From an uncultured Chloroflexia bacterium (lineage in GTDB: Bacteria; Chloroflexota; Limnocylindria; Limnocylindrales; CSP1-4), in NCBI GenBank assembly GCA_963809215.1, contig CAWEIJ010000002.1, positions 2,019,220 to 2,083,219 on the forward strand: a stretch of 64,000 nt of DNA. The letters are read 5' to 3'. Below the pieces are notes generated by a model. That model ran no database searches and was not told the origin of the DNA. It worked only from the letters and a program-made list of their open reading frames with translations. Each line of letters begins with the position of its first letter. Positions within the stretch are counted from its first letter, which is position 1. Positions 19,765 through 29,764 of this stretch are shown in pieces. Both the position numbers and the translations under genes were made by a program.

Positions 19765-21359
19765 TGGCCGCTCCCCTGCCCGTCCGCGCGCGCCGTCTCC
19801 ACGCCCGACGATCGCGTCCCGTCCGGGATCCTCGGCGCGACCGCCTCCGGCGCCACCGCCTCCGGCATCGCCGCGTCGGACTGCAGGTGGTAGGCGGCAC
19901 GCAGGAGCGTCGCTTCGTCCGCGTTCGCGCCGGTGATCTCCTCGACCACCCGGCCACCGAAGATGACGATCGCGCGGTCGCACACGAGCTGCACCTCCTT
20001 CAGCTCGGAGGTGTAGAGCAGCACGGCCGCCCCGGCCTCGGCGAGGTCGCGGAGCAGGAGGTAGATCTGCTGCTTGGTCCGGATGTCGATCCCGCGGGTC
20101 GGGTCGAAGCACAGCATGGTCCGCACGCCGCCCGCGACCCAGCGAGCGATCGTCACCTTCTGCTGGTTGCCGCCCGACAGGCGTCGAACCTCGTTTCCGG
20201 CGCGGGCGTCGATCTGGAGCCGGGAGACCGCCTCGTCGACCGTCTGGCGTTCCGCGCGGAGGTCGATCAGCCCCCACCTCCGGACCCGCGTCGTGAAGGG
20301 CAGGGCGATGTTCTCGCGAACCGAGCGCTGCATGAGGAGCGCCTCGGCACGGTCCGCAGCCACGAAGACGAGACCGGCCCGGATCGCGTCGGCAGGATGA
20401 CGGAACGAGGCCGCCGCGCCGTCCACGAGGAGCTCGCCGCTGCTCGGGCGCTGGGAGCCGGCGAGGATGTCGAAGAGCTCGTCCTGCCCCTGGCCCTCGA
20501 GCGCCACCACTCCCAGCACCTCGCCCGGGTAGAGCTCGAACGAGACGTCCTGGAGCTTGGTGCCGGAGGCGAGCCCGCGGACCGAGAGCCGGGGCGTCGT
20601 CGCGACCGCCCGGTGGGCGGCCGTCCGTCCGGCGACCGCAGGCATCTCGCCGGCGATCTGGCCGAGCATGAGCTCGATGATCCGCTCCTCCGACCCGGGC
20701 GTGACGTCGACGACGCCGACGGTCTCGCCCTCACGGAGCACCGTCGCCCGGTCGCACACGGAGGCGATCTCGATGAGGCGGTGCGAGATGAAGATGATCG
20801 AGCGGTCTCCGCCCCGGTGGCTGCCCACGACCTCCAGGACGCGCTGGGTCAGGTTCGCGGGAAGCGCCGCGGTCATCTCGTCGAGCATCAGCACGTCGGG
20901 CTCGATCGCGAGGGCGCGGGCGAGGTCGATGATCCGGAGCGAGGCCAGCGGCAGTCGCCGCGCCATGCTCGACAGGTCCTGGTCCTCGAGGCCCAGCTCG
21001 TGGAGCCAGTGGCGGAACGGCTCCAGCGGCGTATCGGTGAGGCGCAGGTTGGCCCGGATGTCGAGATCCGGGATGAGCGACGGCTCCTGGTAGACGGAGA
21101 CGAGCCCGCCGCGGCGCGCCTCGGCCGGGGAGTGGACCGTCCGCTCGCGGCCGCGGACCGCGATCCTGCCGGAGTCCGGATGGACTGCGCCCGTCAGGAT
21201 CTTGACCAGGGTGCTCTTGCCGGCGCCGTTCGCACCCATGAGCGCATGGACCTCGCCGGGGCGCACGGCGAGCGAGGCGGACCTCAGGGCCACGACGGCG
21301 CCGTAGGTCTTCGAGACGTCGGTGGCCTCGAGCAGGAGGCCGGTCGCGGTGGCAGTCAT
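19761..21359 (-). CDS. sugar ABC transporter ATP-binding protein with two nucleotide-binding domains (RbsA/MglA type)
   Basis: Two Walker A motifs (GANGAGKST and a second NBD), LSGGNQQK signature, and Walker B motifs. Confidence 0.9.
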   Translation of the reverse strand: MTATATGLLLEATDVSKTYGAVVALRSASLAVRPGEVHALMGANGAGKSTLVKILTGAVHPDSGRIAVRGRERTVHSPAEARRGGLVSVYQEPSLIPDLDIRANLRLTDTPLEPFRHWLHELGLEDQDLSSMARRLPLASLRIIDLARALAIEPDVLMLDEMTAALPANLTQRVLEVVGSHRGGDRSIIFISHRLIEIASVCDRATVLREGETVGVVDVTPGSEERIIELMLGQIAGEMPAVAGRTAAHRAVATTPRLSVRGLASGTKLQDVSFELYPGEVLGVVALEGQGQDELFDILAGSQRPSSGELLVDGAAASFRHPADAIRAGLVFVAADRAEALLMQRSVRENIALPFTTRVRRWGLIDLRAERQTVDEAVSRLQIDARAGNEVRRLSGGNQQKVTIARWVAGGVRTMLCFDPTRGIDIRTKQQIYLLLRDLAEAGAAVLLYTSELKEVQLVCDRAIVIFGGRVVEEITGANADEATLLRAAYHLQSDAAMPEAVAPEAVAPRIPDGTRSSGVETARADGQGSGQ

Positions 21360-21441
21360 CGGTACCAGCTGCTTGGAGGAGAGCGCGAGGGACGCCGGTC
21401 CGACCGGCGTCCCTCGCGTGAGCTGCGAATGCGGTAGCTGG

Positions 21442-22575
21442 CTACGCGCCCTTGCAGCTTGCCGGAACGGTATTGGGATCGTACGTGGTCCAGCCCTGGA
21501 TGGACAGGCTGAGCGGCCACAGCGGGTCGAGACCCGGAACGGACACCCATGCCTTCAGCGCCGTCTTGCCGGCGTCGGTCGTGTTGTCGAGCAGGACCGG
21601 GTCCAGCAGGATCGTGTTCGGCTTGGCGCCGGCCGAGGCGGTGACGGCCTCGCCGTTGAGGAGCTTGAGCGCAAGGGTGATGCCGGCGCCACCGACGGAT
21701 GCGGTGTTGGTCACGGCCGCGCCCTTCAGGCCCGGGAAGTTCGTGGGATCGAGGAGCTGTGCGACGAAGCCACCGATGTCAGCATCGGCGATCGGCACGA
21801 ACGGCTTGTTGGCAGCCTTGATCGCATCGACGATCTGCTTGCCCATGCCCGACGCCCAGATCCCCTGGATCTTGTCGTACTGGCCGCTCTGGATGAAGTC
21901 ATTGGTCAGCTGCGTGGTCTTGGCCGGGTCCCAGCCCGTGAACACGCCCTGGTTGTTCGGGACGATCTTGATGTTCGGGTACTGCTTCAGGATGTTCTGG
22001 AAGCCGATGTCGCGATCGGAGTCGGCCGGGTGGCCGGCGAGGCCGCGCGTGTACCAGACCGTGCCCGTGCCGCCCATCTGGTCGAAGAGCCACTTGGCGC
22101 CGAGCTCCGCGTACTTGACCTGGTTGTTGTACAGGTTCCAGGTGCTCGGATCGGTCACGTATGCGTCAACGGAGACGGTCACGATGCCGGCGGCCTTGGC
22201 CTCGGCGAGGGCCGGGTTCAGGGCGTTCGGGTCGTTCGGGTTGAAGACGATCGCGTTGACGCCCTTGGCGATCAGGCTCCGGATGTCGGAGAGCTGACCC
22301 GCCGCGTCCGTGTTGCGATGGATGACGGTGAGGTTCGAGACGGCGCCCGAGGCCGTGGCCTGGGCCTTGGCGGTGCAGACCTGCTCCTCGCGGAAGCCGT
22401 TGCCCACGCTGGCACCGTTCGAGTACCCGATGGAGTACTGCTTGGCCGCGGCGCTCGCAGCCGCCGACGGCGCGGCCGCCGCCGAGGGTGACGGCGTGGC
22501 GCTGCCGGAGCACGCTCCGACGACGACCGCGATCGTGGCCAGCGCGGCCACGCTCCGGGAAAGACTGAGCTTCAT
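21442..22575 (-). CDS. ABC transporter sugar-binding lipoprotein (periplasmic-binding-protein type I)
   Basis: MKLSLSRSVAALATIAVVVGACSGS lipobox followed by a PBP type I pattern. Confidence 0.85.
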   Translation of the reverse strand: MKLSLSRSVAALATIAVVVGACSGSATPSPSAAAAPSAAASAAAKQYSIGYSNGASVGNGFREEQVCTAKAQATASGAVSNLTVIHRNTDAAGQLSDIRSLIAKGVNAIVFNPNDPNALNPALAEAKAAGIVTVSVDAYVTDPSTWNLYNNQVKYAELGAKWLFDQMGGTGTVWYTRGLAGHPADSDRDIGFQNILKQYPNIKIVPNNQGVFTGWDPAKTTQLTNDFIQSGQYDKIQGIWASGMGKQIVDAIKAANKPFVPIADADIGGFVAQLLDPTNFPGLKGAAVTNTASVGGAGITLALKLLNGEAVTASAGAKPNTILLDPVLLDNTTDAGKTALKAWVSVPGLDPLWPLSLSIQGWTTYDPNTVPASCKGA

Positions 22576-23022
22576 GAAACTGGACTCCTCCATCCTCCGA
22601 CCGCGGGCTCTCATCTGGAGCACCGGCCGAACCGTTTGGGCGTCGTCTCGCGTGATCGCTGGATTACGCACCTCCTCGCTTACGAATCGCACGGGCGAGC
22701 CGCGCATGTTCCCGGAAGGTTTCGTTGAAGGCAGGGCCCGACAGCCCGGCCCCGGGGGCGCCACGGCGCTTGATGGACCCGGACACCGCGCAGGGCCCGC
22801 CGGTGGATCGTCGCGGCGGGGATCCGGATGACGGTCGCGACGCCGGCGGCTCTCACGATGGCGACCGCGCGAGGATGCGACCCGGGTCCAACGGAACCGT
22901 CCGGGCCGCCGATGGTCACCATTCCGTCCGCGCCCGCGACCCGGGCGGCAGGTGCAATCGCGGCCGCGCGATCCTGATCGTGCGACTCGCCGCGAGGAAC
23001 GGGACGTGCGGGATGAGCGGCA

Positions 23023-23760
23023 TCAGGCGGGACCTGCCCCGCCCGCCGGCACCTCGACGGCAGCCCGGCCTGCCTTGCGCGCGCGAAAGTCCAGGATGAT
23101 CGCCTCGGTCGCCGTGGCGCCGATCCGGGTGACTCCCAGCTCCATGACGGCCAGGAGCGCGTCGAGCGTGCGGACGCCGCCGGCCGCCTTGATGCGAACG
23201 TGGGGCGACGTGTTCGCGCGCATCAGGCGCAGGTCGTCGTGGGTCGCGCCCGAGGGGGCGAAGCCCGTGCTCGTCTTCACGAAGTCCGCTCCCGCGGCCT
23301 CGGACAGGCGGCAGGCCCGGACCTTCTCGTCGTCGGTCAGATAGGCGTTCTCGAAGATGACCTTGACGATCGCCCCGGCGGCATGCCCGACCTCGACCAC
23401 CGCGCGGATGTCCGCCTCCACGTCCGCATCGCGACCGGACTTGAGCGCGGCGATCTGGAGGACCATGTCCAGCTCGGTGGCGCCGTCGGCGAGCGCCCGC
23501 CTCGCCTCGAAGACCTTGACCTCGGTGGCGTGGTTGCCATGCGGAAACCCGATCGTGGTTCCGACGGCGACGTCCGTGCCCTCCAGGAGGGACTTCGCCC
23601 GCCGGACGTCGGCCGGGCGCACGCAGACCGAGGCGACGTCGTACGTCGCGGCAAGGCGGCAGCCCGCCTCGACGAACGCGTCGTCCAGCTCGGGCCGCAG
23701 CAGGGAGTGGTCGATGGTCTTGGCGATGTCGCGCTCGGTGAGCGTGTCGATGGAGAGCAT
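23023..23760 (-). CDS. deoC: deoxyribose-phosphate aldolase
   Basis: DHSLLRP, VCV, KTSTGF and IKAAGGVR motifs. The real start is at MLSIDTL. Confidence 0.85.
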   Translation of the reverse strand: MLSIDTLTERDIAKTIDHSLLRPELDDAFVEAGCRLAATYDVASVCVRPADVRRAKSLLEGTDVAVGTTIGFPHGNHATEVKVFEARRALADGATELDMVLQIAALKSGRDADVEADIRAVVEVGHAAGAIVKVIFENAYLTDDEKVRACRLSEAAGADFVKTSTGFAPSGATHDDLRLMRANTSPHVRIKAAGGVRTLDALLAVMELGVTRIGATATEAIILDFRARKAGRAAVEVPAGGAGPA

Positions 23761-23780
23761 GGAGCTCCTGCCCGGGATCG

Positions 23781-24695
23781 TCACTTGCAGTACGGCCGCA
23801 GCACGTCCCTCGCGATGAGGAACCCCTGCCTGACCTTGTCGTCGGTGCCCTCGAAGCGCCGATCCTCGTGCTCGATGATGCAGTCGCCCTCGAACCCTGA
23901 CCGGTAGAGCTCGGAGAAGATCACCGACCAGTCCACCTCGCCGAGCCCCGGGATGCGCGGGATCTGCCAGCCCATGCCCATCGAGAAGATGCCCCGCTCG
24001 TAGAGCCCGTCGCGATCGATCATCAGGTCCTTCGCCTGGAAGTGGAGGACGTGGGCGCCGAACTCCTTGAGGAACCGGCGCGCGTCGATCATCTGGAGGA
24101 CCAGGTGCGACGGATCGAAGTTGAGCCCGATCGTCCCGCCCCACTGCTCCAGGATCCGGCGCCACATCCGCGGCGTCGTGGCGATGTTGTGCCCTCCCGG
24201 CCACTCGTCGTAGGAGAACAGCATCGGGCAGTTCTCCAGGGTGATCTTCCGGCCGTGGTCGTTCGCGAAGGCCACGATGTCGGGCCAGACCCGGAGCGCC
24301 TCCTCCCAGTTCTCGTCCTGGTTCCTGGCGCCGTCGCCGCCCATGAACGTGTTCACGAGCGGCACATCCATCTTCTCGGCAGCCGTGATGACGTGCTTCA
24401 GGTGGCTGATGACCTGCGCGCGGTGGGCCGGGTCCGGGTGGAGCGGGTTCGGGTAGAAGCCGAGGCCCGAGATCGAGATTCCCTTGCCCTCGAGCTCACT
24501 CACGATCTCGGTGGCCTGCGCGGATGACAGGTTCGCAACGTCGATGTGGCTCGTCCCCGCATACCGGCGGGTGGGGCCGGTGGCCTTCGGCCAGCATGCG
24601 ATCTCGAGGACCTCGAATCCCGCGCCGGCCGCCCAGTCGGCCACCTCCATGAGCGGCGCGGCGGGGAACGGTGCGGTCAGGAAGCCGAGCTTCAT
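23781..24695 (-). CDS. sugar phosphate isomerase/epimerase (xylose-isomerase-like TIM barrel)
   Basis: TIM-barrel AP-endonuclease-2/xylose-isomerase-like pattern; start at MKLGFLTAPF. Confidence 0.8.
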   Translation of the reverse strand: MKLGFLTAPFPAAPLMEVADWAAGAGFEVLEIACWPKATGPTRRYAGTSHIDVANLSSAQATEIVSELEGKGISISGLGFYPNPLHPDPAHRAQVISHLKHVITAAEKMDVPLVNTFMGGDGARNQDENWEEALRVWPDIVAFANDHGRKITLENCPMLFSYDEWPGGHNIATTPRMWRRILEQWGGTIGLNFDPSHLVLQMIDARRFLKEFGAHVLHFQAKDLMIDRDGLYERGIFSMGMGWQIPRIPGLGEVDWSVIFSELYRSGFEGDCIIEHEDRRFEGTDDKVRQGFLIARDVLRPYCK

Positions 24696-24815
24696 GTCAG
24701 CCGAACCTCCGGGCTCAACGTGGCGGGATTCCTGGGCAGCCCATGATTGTCGATAATCGATTGTGGAGCGTATCACGTCGCCGGGGTCGGTCAAGGCTGG
24801 TCGGGGACGCGGTGC

Positions 24816-25976
24816 TCATGCGGTTCGGGAGACCTCGACCCAGCGGCCGGTCCGCGAGCTCTCGAGGACCGCATCGCCCACGAGCATCTCCTCGTGCCCG
24901 TCGGCGAATGTCGCGTACGAGGGGTTCCGGGACGGGGCCCCGGCGAGGATGTCCGCGTAGATCGCGGCGAAGACCGCGCCGAAGGTGTCGGCGAAACCCT
25001 CCACGTGCCCGCCCGGGAGCCGGGCGGCGGAGCTCCCGCCGGCGTTCATCAGCGCGGGGTTCCGGAGCAGGAGCTCGTTGGGCCGGTCGCGGTGGCCGAT
25101 CCAGAGATGGTCAGGCTGCTCCGAGTCCCACGCCACCGCGGAGGCGGCGCCGTCGATCTGGTAGGCGAGGCTGTTCTTGCGGCCGGGGCTGAGCTGCGAG
25201 ATCGCCACGCAGCCGCGCGCGCCGCCCTCGAAGCGCAGGAGGATCGTCGCGACGTCCTCGGTGTGGATCTCCACCGGGATCGTCTCCACGGCCCGCTCGG
25301 TCGAGAAGGTGAGGACGGGGCCGGCGGGCTTTTGGCGGACCGGGATGAACGTGGCGAGGTCCGCCATGACCGCCTCGACCCGGCGCCCCGTCAGGAACGT
25401 GGTCAGGTCCAGCCAGTGCGAGCCGATGTCGCCCACGGCTCGCAGCGCGCCGCCCCGGTCCGCCTCCAGGCGCCAGTTCCAGTCCGTGTCGTAGAGGAGC
25501 CAGTCCTGGAAGTAGCGGCCGGTGACGAGCCGGACGTCGCCGAGCCCGCCGTCGCGGACCAGGCCGGCCACGTGCTGGTTCAGCGGGTAGAAGCGGATGT
25601 TGAAGTTGACGGCGTTGACCAGGCCGCTGGCCGCGGCGATCCCGACGAGCTCCGCCGATTCCGCGGAGGTCATGGCCAGCGGCTTCTCGCAGATCACGTG
25701 CCGGCCGGCCGCCAGGATCTGGCGCACCTGCGGATGGTGGAGCTCGTTCGGCGACGTGACGTGGACGACCTGGACGGCGTCGTCCGCGAGGGCCTCCGCC
25801 AGGTTCGCGTAGGCGCGGGGCAGGCCCAGCTCGGCAGCCCGCGCGACACCAAGCTCCGGCGTCGCGTCCACCAGCCCGACGACGCGCACGCCGATCCGGC
25901 GCAGCGCCTCGATGTGAACCGTGCCGATGAAGCCGCTGCCGATGACGGCGGTTCCGATGTCGCTGACGTGCCTCAT
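24816..25976 (-). CDS. Gfo/Idh/MocA-family oxidoreductase
   Basis: VIGSGFIGTVHIEAL Rossmann motif and EKPLA motif. Confidence 0.85.
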   Translation of the reverse strand: MRHVSDIGTAVIGSGFIGTVHIEALRRIGVRVVGLVDATPELGVARAAELGLPRAYANLAEALADDAVQVVHVTSPNELHHPQVRQILAAGRHVICEKPLAMTSAESAELVGIAAASGLVNAVNFNIRFYPLNQHVAGLVRDGGLGDVRLVTGRYFQDWLLYDTDWNWRLEADRGGALRAVGDIGSHWLDLTTFLTGRRVEAVMADLATFIPVRQKPAGPVLTFSTERAVETIPVEIHTEDVATILLRFEGGARGCVAISQLSPGRKNSLAYQIDGAASAVAWDSEQPDHLWIGHRDRPNELLLRNPALMNAGGSSAARLPGGHVEGFADTFGAVFAAIYADILAGAPSRNPSYATFADGHEEMLVGDAVLESSRTGRWVEVSRTA

Positions 25977-26071
25977 CACAGACTCCGGTCGCGGCGCGTC
26001 ACCGGCAGCCACCTGCCGCTCGCGCGCACGCCCCATGGTATTGATGGCCAGTCTCGGCCAGGGCGATGGCC

Positions 26072-26125
26072 GGCGGCAATGACAAGAGCGGCCGATTAAC
26101 TGTCAGGACCGGCTGGAGCGGGCCA
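26072..26125. promoter_or_regulatory. left copy of a ~37-54-bp inverted repeat (GGCGGCAATGACAAGAGCGGCCGATTAACTGTCAGGA...) ~100 bp upstream of the minus-strand oxidoreductase operon
   Basis: 36/37 identical to the reverse complement of 27421-27457. Contains outward-facing TTGTCA/TTGACA -35-like hexamers. Confidence 0.6.
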
Positions 26126-26311
26126 TCGGTGGCCTCCCGCCGGCGCTGGGTCGGGGCCCGCCCCACCCTGGGCGGCTCTCTCCCCCGCCGGGGGTGCGCC
26201 TGTTCCGTCCGGTTTTCCGTCCATTTGGCCCTCCTGCCGACAGGCCAGTGGGCCCGATCATCGGCCCACGGCCCCAGCGTCTCCCGGTCGCCGGCCGTGG
26301 CGAACCTGGGC

Positions 26312-27280
26312 ATGGAGGAACTCGTGGCGGTCTTCTTCTGGCAGCACGAGCTCGACCCGGGCTTCCCGCTGTCGCTTCTCGAATACGAGACGCGCACCGC
26401 CGACGACCAGATGCACTGGCACGAGTACTTCGAGATCGCGCTCTGCCTGGAGGGGGGCGGGCGGTTCCAGTTCGGGCGGCGGAGCTACCCAGCGGAACCG
26501 GGTGATGTCTTCCTGATCGACGACGCGGAGCCGCACGTGGGCGTGGCCGACGCCTCCGGACGGATGCGCCTGCTCCTGACGCTCTTCCGGCCTGAGCTCA
26601 TCGCGGCGCCGGGTGGGCGGAGCTTCGATGCCGAGTACCTGTCGCCCTTCCGGTGCGGCGGACGCCCGTTCGCGAACCGCCTCCCGGCCGGCGGTGCTGC
26701 CGCCGGCGAGGTGCGGCCCATCCTCCTCGAGCTCAAGGAGATCTGGGACCGGGAGGATCCTGGCGACCGGCACCTCCTGGATGCGAACCTGCGCCGCGTG
26801 CTCGGCGTCCTGGTCCGCCATGCTCGCGCGCACGAGTCGGTGCGGGACGACGCGGCTGCGCCGGACGATGCGGCCGGGCCCGCCGATCGCCACGAGCACG
26901 TGCGGCCCGTCCTGAGCTACGTGGAGCAGCATTTCCGGGAGAGCCTGACGCTCGAGCGGGTCTCGGAGCACGTGCACGTGAGCGCCTCACGCGTGCGCCA
27001 CCTGTTCAAGGACGCGACGAGCGTTGGCTTCAAGGAGTACGTCACGAACCTGCGCCTGGCCGAGGCCAAGCGGCTCCTCGTGACCACCGACATCTGCGTG
27101 CAGGAAGTGGCCTACACCGTCGGCTACACGAACCTGAACCAGTTCTACAAGGTGTTCGGGCGCTACTCCTCGATGTCGCCCGCCGATTACCGACGCTACT
27201 ACCAGCCGTCGGGTGGCGCAGGCGTCGTGCTGCGGCTGGACCGCGAGCGTGCCCCCGAGGGACCCGTGCGCGTCGCCTGA
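26312..27280 (+). CDS. AraC-family transcriptional regulator (N-terminal cupin sensor plus C-terminal HTH)
   Basis: C-terminal HTH_AraC pattern (VSEHVHVSASRVRHLFKDATSVGFKEYVTNLRLAEAKRLL...YTNLNQFYKVFGRY). Confidence 0.85.
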   Translation: MEELVAVFFWQHELDPGFPLSLLEYETRTADDQMHWHEYFEIALCLEGGGRFQFGRRSYPAEPGDVFLIDDAEPHVGVADASGRMRLLLTLFRPELIAAPGGRSFDAEYLSPFRCGGRPFANRLPAGGAAAGEVRPILLELKEIWDREDPGDRHLLDANLRRVLGVLVRHARAHESVRDDAAAPDDAAGPADRHEHVRPVLSYVEQHFRESLTLERVSEHVHVSASRVRHLFKDATSVGFKEYVTNLRLAEAKRLLVTTDICVQEVAYTVGYTNLNQFYKVFGRYSSMSPADYRRYYQPSGGAGVVLRLDRERAPEGPVRVA

Positions 27281-27403
27281 CCAATCGGCCGGGTCTCCCC
27301 GGTCGGGCAGTCCGGGTCCAGCGTCCCGGTCCGGGTCCAGCGTCGTCCAGGCGCGGCCAGGTGCGGCGGCGCGGCCAGGTCCGGCCATGCGCAGGCCGCG
27401 ATG

Positions 27404-27457
27404 GAGTGGGCACCAGCCGCTCCTGACAGTTAATCGGCCGCTCTTGACATTGCCGCC
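27404..27457. promoter_or_regulatory. right copy of the inverted repeat (TCCTGACAGTTAATCGGCCGCTCTTGACATTGCCGCC), ~97 bp upstream of the plus-strand OYE/FadH gene
   Basis: Mirror of the 26072-26125 copy. TTGACA -35-like hexamer oriented toward 27554. Confidence 0.6.
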
Positions 27458-27553
27458 CGTGCTCGCCGGGCACGAGACTGGCGCGAGACGCGCACCGGTC
27501 GGGGCGTCCCGCCTCCGCTGCGGATGCGACCCGCGCGAGACAGGGAGAGCTCC

Positions 27554-29728
27554 ATGCCGTCGTTCCCGCACCTGTTCAGCCCGATCCAGCTCGGCGGCCT
27601 GGAGCTGCCGAACCGCGTGGTCCACGTCCCGACGGACATCAGCTCGTCCCATGCCGACGGCGAGGTGAGCGAGCGCGACATCCACCACCACACCGACATC
27701 GCGCGCGGCGGGGCCGGGTTCATCATCGTGGGCGCCACGACGCCGGACATGAAGACCGGGCGGCCGACCGTCACGTGCCTGGTGGCCGACGGCGACAACT
27801 ACATCCCGGGCCTCGCGCGGCTCGCCGAGGGGATGCACCGCTACGGCGCGCTCTGCGCCGTCCAGCTCCAGCATCCCGGCCGCCAGTGCGCGATCCCGCG
27901 GTACAACACGCTGGGCGCCACCGACCGCGTGCTCAAGCTCCCATGGTCGGCGGGACACGAGATCATCTACGAGAACGCCGAGGAGAAGGGCAAGGAGATC
28001 CGGGCGGCCTCGATCTCCGAGATCCTCGAGCTCGTCGACCTCTTCAGCGAAGCAGCCTGGCGGGTGAAGCAGGCCGGCTTCGATGCCGTGGAGCTCCACG
28101 CGGCGCACGGCTACCTGCTCTCCGAGTTCATGAGCCCCTTCCTCAACATGCGCAACGACCGCTTCGGCGGCAGCTTCGAGAACCGGATGCGCTTCCCTCT
28201 CGCGGTCGTCGACTCGATCCAGAAGAAGTGCGGCAAGGGCTTCCCGGTGCTCGTGCGCTACTCCTTCGACGAGTGGTACGCGGGCGGGCGCGGAGCGGAG
28301 GAGGGCGTCGAGATCGCGCGAGTCCTCGAGCGGGCGGGGTGCGCGGCCGTGGACCTCTCGATGGGAATGCAGGAGAGCCCCGGCGCCGGGTTCGACCCGA
28401 TGCAGTACCCGCAGGGCTGGGCGACCTACGCCGCCGAGGCCGTCAAGAAGGCGATCCGGATCCCGGTCATCACCAGCCATTCCCTGCGCGACCCGGAGTA
28501 CTGCGAACGGATCATCGCGGAGGGCAAGACCGACCTCGTCGGCCTGGCCCGCCAGCTCCTGGCCGACCCGTACTGGCCGGTCAAGGCGCAATACGGGCGG
28601 GTGAAGTCGATCCGGAAGTGCATCTCCTGCCTGGGCGGCTGCTGGCAGGAGTCGCTCATGGCGAAGCACGAGATCGCGTGCTCGATCAACGCGGCGTGCG
28701 GGAACCCTGCCTACGCGGAGATGAAGCGGACGACCACGGCGGTGCGGATCGCCGTCGTCGGCGGTGGGCCGGCGGGCATGGAGGCGGCGCGGATCGCCAC
28801 GGAGCGCGGCCACGCGGTGACGCTGTTCGAGAAGGCCGGGGAGCTGGGCGGCGCGCTGCTCTACTGCTGCCTGGTCCCGGGCAAGGAGAAGATGCGCTGG
28901 TACCTGGACTGGATCCGGAACCAGCTGCTCGACCTCCGCGTCGACATCCGGCTCGACCACGCCCCCACGGTCGACGAGCTCCGCGGGTTCGACGTCGTCC
29001 TCAACGCGACCGGGGCGATCTCGTACGTCCCCGACGTCCTCGGCGCGGCGGACGCGATCGTGCCCTTCGAGGAGGCGATGGCCTGCCCGAAGATCGCCTG
29101 CGAGTGCCATCCCGGCGCGCGCACCCTCCACAAGCTCGGGCAGCACGTCCTCCTGTGGGGCGACCACTACGCCGCGGCGGACACGGCCGCGTTCCTGGGC
29201 AGCATCGGCCGGCAGGTCACCATCGTCACGGAGAAGCGCGAGTTCGCGGCGGAGTGCGAGGTCATCCACATGTACGTCCTGCGCAAGCGGTTCGCGCAGG
29301 GCGACGCCGAGGTGCTCACCTCCCGCCCGTTCAAGCACCCGGTCACGGTGATCACGAACGCCACTGTCCGCGAGGTGCGCGCGGGCGAGGTCGTCATCGA
29401 GGACCACGAGTTCGGCCGCACCACCCTGCAGGTCGACGACGTGGTCTCGTGCCACACCCGACCCGCGACCGAGCTCTTCACCGGGCTCCAGGCCGCGGGC
29501 GTCCACGTGGTGAACGTCGGCGACTCGGTTCGGCCGCGTACTCTGTACCACGCGGTGAAGGAAGGATCGGCGTTCGGGCTTGCGGTGGACGAGCACATGC
29601 TCTTCAACTCCAACCACGCGATCCTGAACGAGCTGCCGATCGACGTCCTGGCGCAGCTCCAGCGCGAAGAGACCCCGGCCTACTCCCGCCAGCAGGTCAT
29701 CGTTCTCGCCGGGAGGCGCGATGCCTGA
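27554..29728 (+). CDS. NADH:flavin oxidoreductase (Old Yellow Enzyme TIM barrel) fused to a FAD/NAD(P)-binding pyridine-nucleotide-disulfide-like domain (2,4-dienoyl-CoA-reductase-like architecture)
   Basis: OYE motifs (HAAHGYLLSEF) plus a 4-Cys cluster CISCLGGCWQE and VVGGGPAGMEAA Rossmann motif. Confidence 0.85.
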   Translation: MPSFPHLFSPIQLGGLELPNRVVHVPTDISSSHADGEVSERDIHHHTDIARGGAGFIIVGATTPDMKTGRPTVTCLVADGDNYIPGLARLAEGMHRYGALCAVQLQHPGRQCAIPRYNTLGATDRVLKLPWSAGHEIIYENAEEKGKEIRAASISEILELVDLFSEAAWRVKQAGFDAVELHAAHGYLLSEFMSPFLNMRNDRFGGSFENRMRFPLAVVDSIQKKCGKGFPVLVRYSFDEWYAGGRGAEEGVEIARVLERAGCAAVDLSMGMQESPGAGFDPMQYPQGWATYAAEAVKKAIRIPVITSHSLRDPEYCERIIAEGKTDLVGLARQLLADPYWPVKAQYGRVKSIRKCISCLGGCWQESLMAKHEIACSINAACGNPAYAEMKRTTTAVRIAVVGGGPAGMEAARIATERGHAVTLFEKAGELGGALLYCCLVPGKEKMRWYLDWIRNQLLDLRVDIRLDHAPTVDELRGFDVVLNATGAISYVPDVLGAADAIVPFEEAMACPKIACECHPGARTLHKLGQHVLLWGDHYAAADTAAFLGSIGRQVTIVTEKREFAAECEVIHMYVLRKRFAQGDAEVLTSRPFKHPVTVITNATVREVRAGEVVIEDHEFGRTTLQVDDVVSCHTRPATELFTGLQAAGVHVVNVGDSVRPRTLYHAVKEGSAFGLAVDEHMLFNSNHAILNELPIDVLAQLQREETPAYSRQQVIVLAGRRDA

Positions 29729-29764
29729 TCGTCGCGGTCCGCATCGGCACGCGAGCTCCCGGGC

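Noticed and set aside
26072-27457. IR-flanked araC as an insertion sequence
   Set aside because: No transposase, no target-site duplication visible. The repeats carry promoter-like hexamers facing flanking operons. Kept only as an alternative hypothesis.
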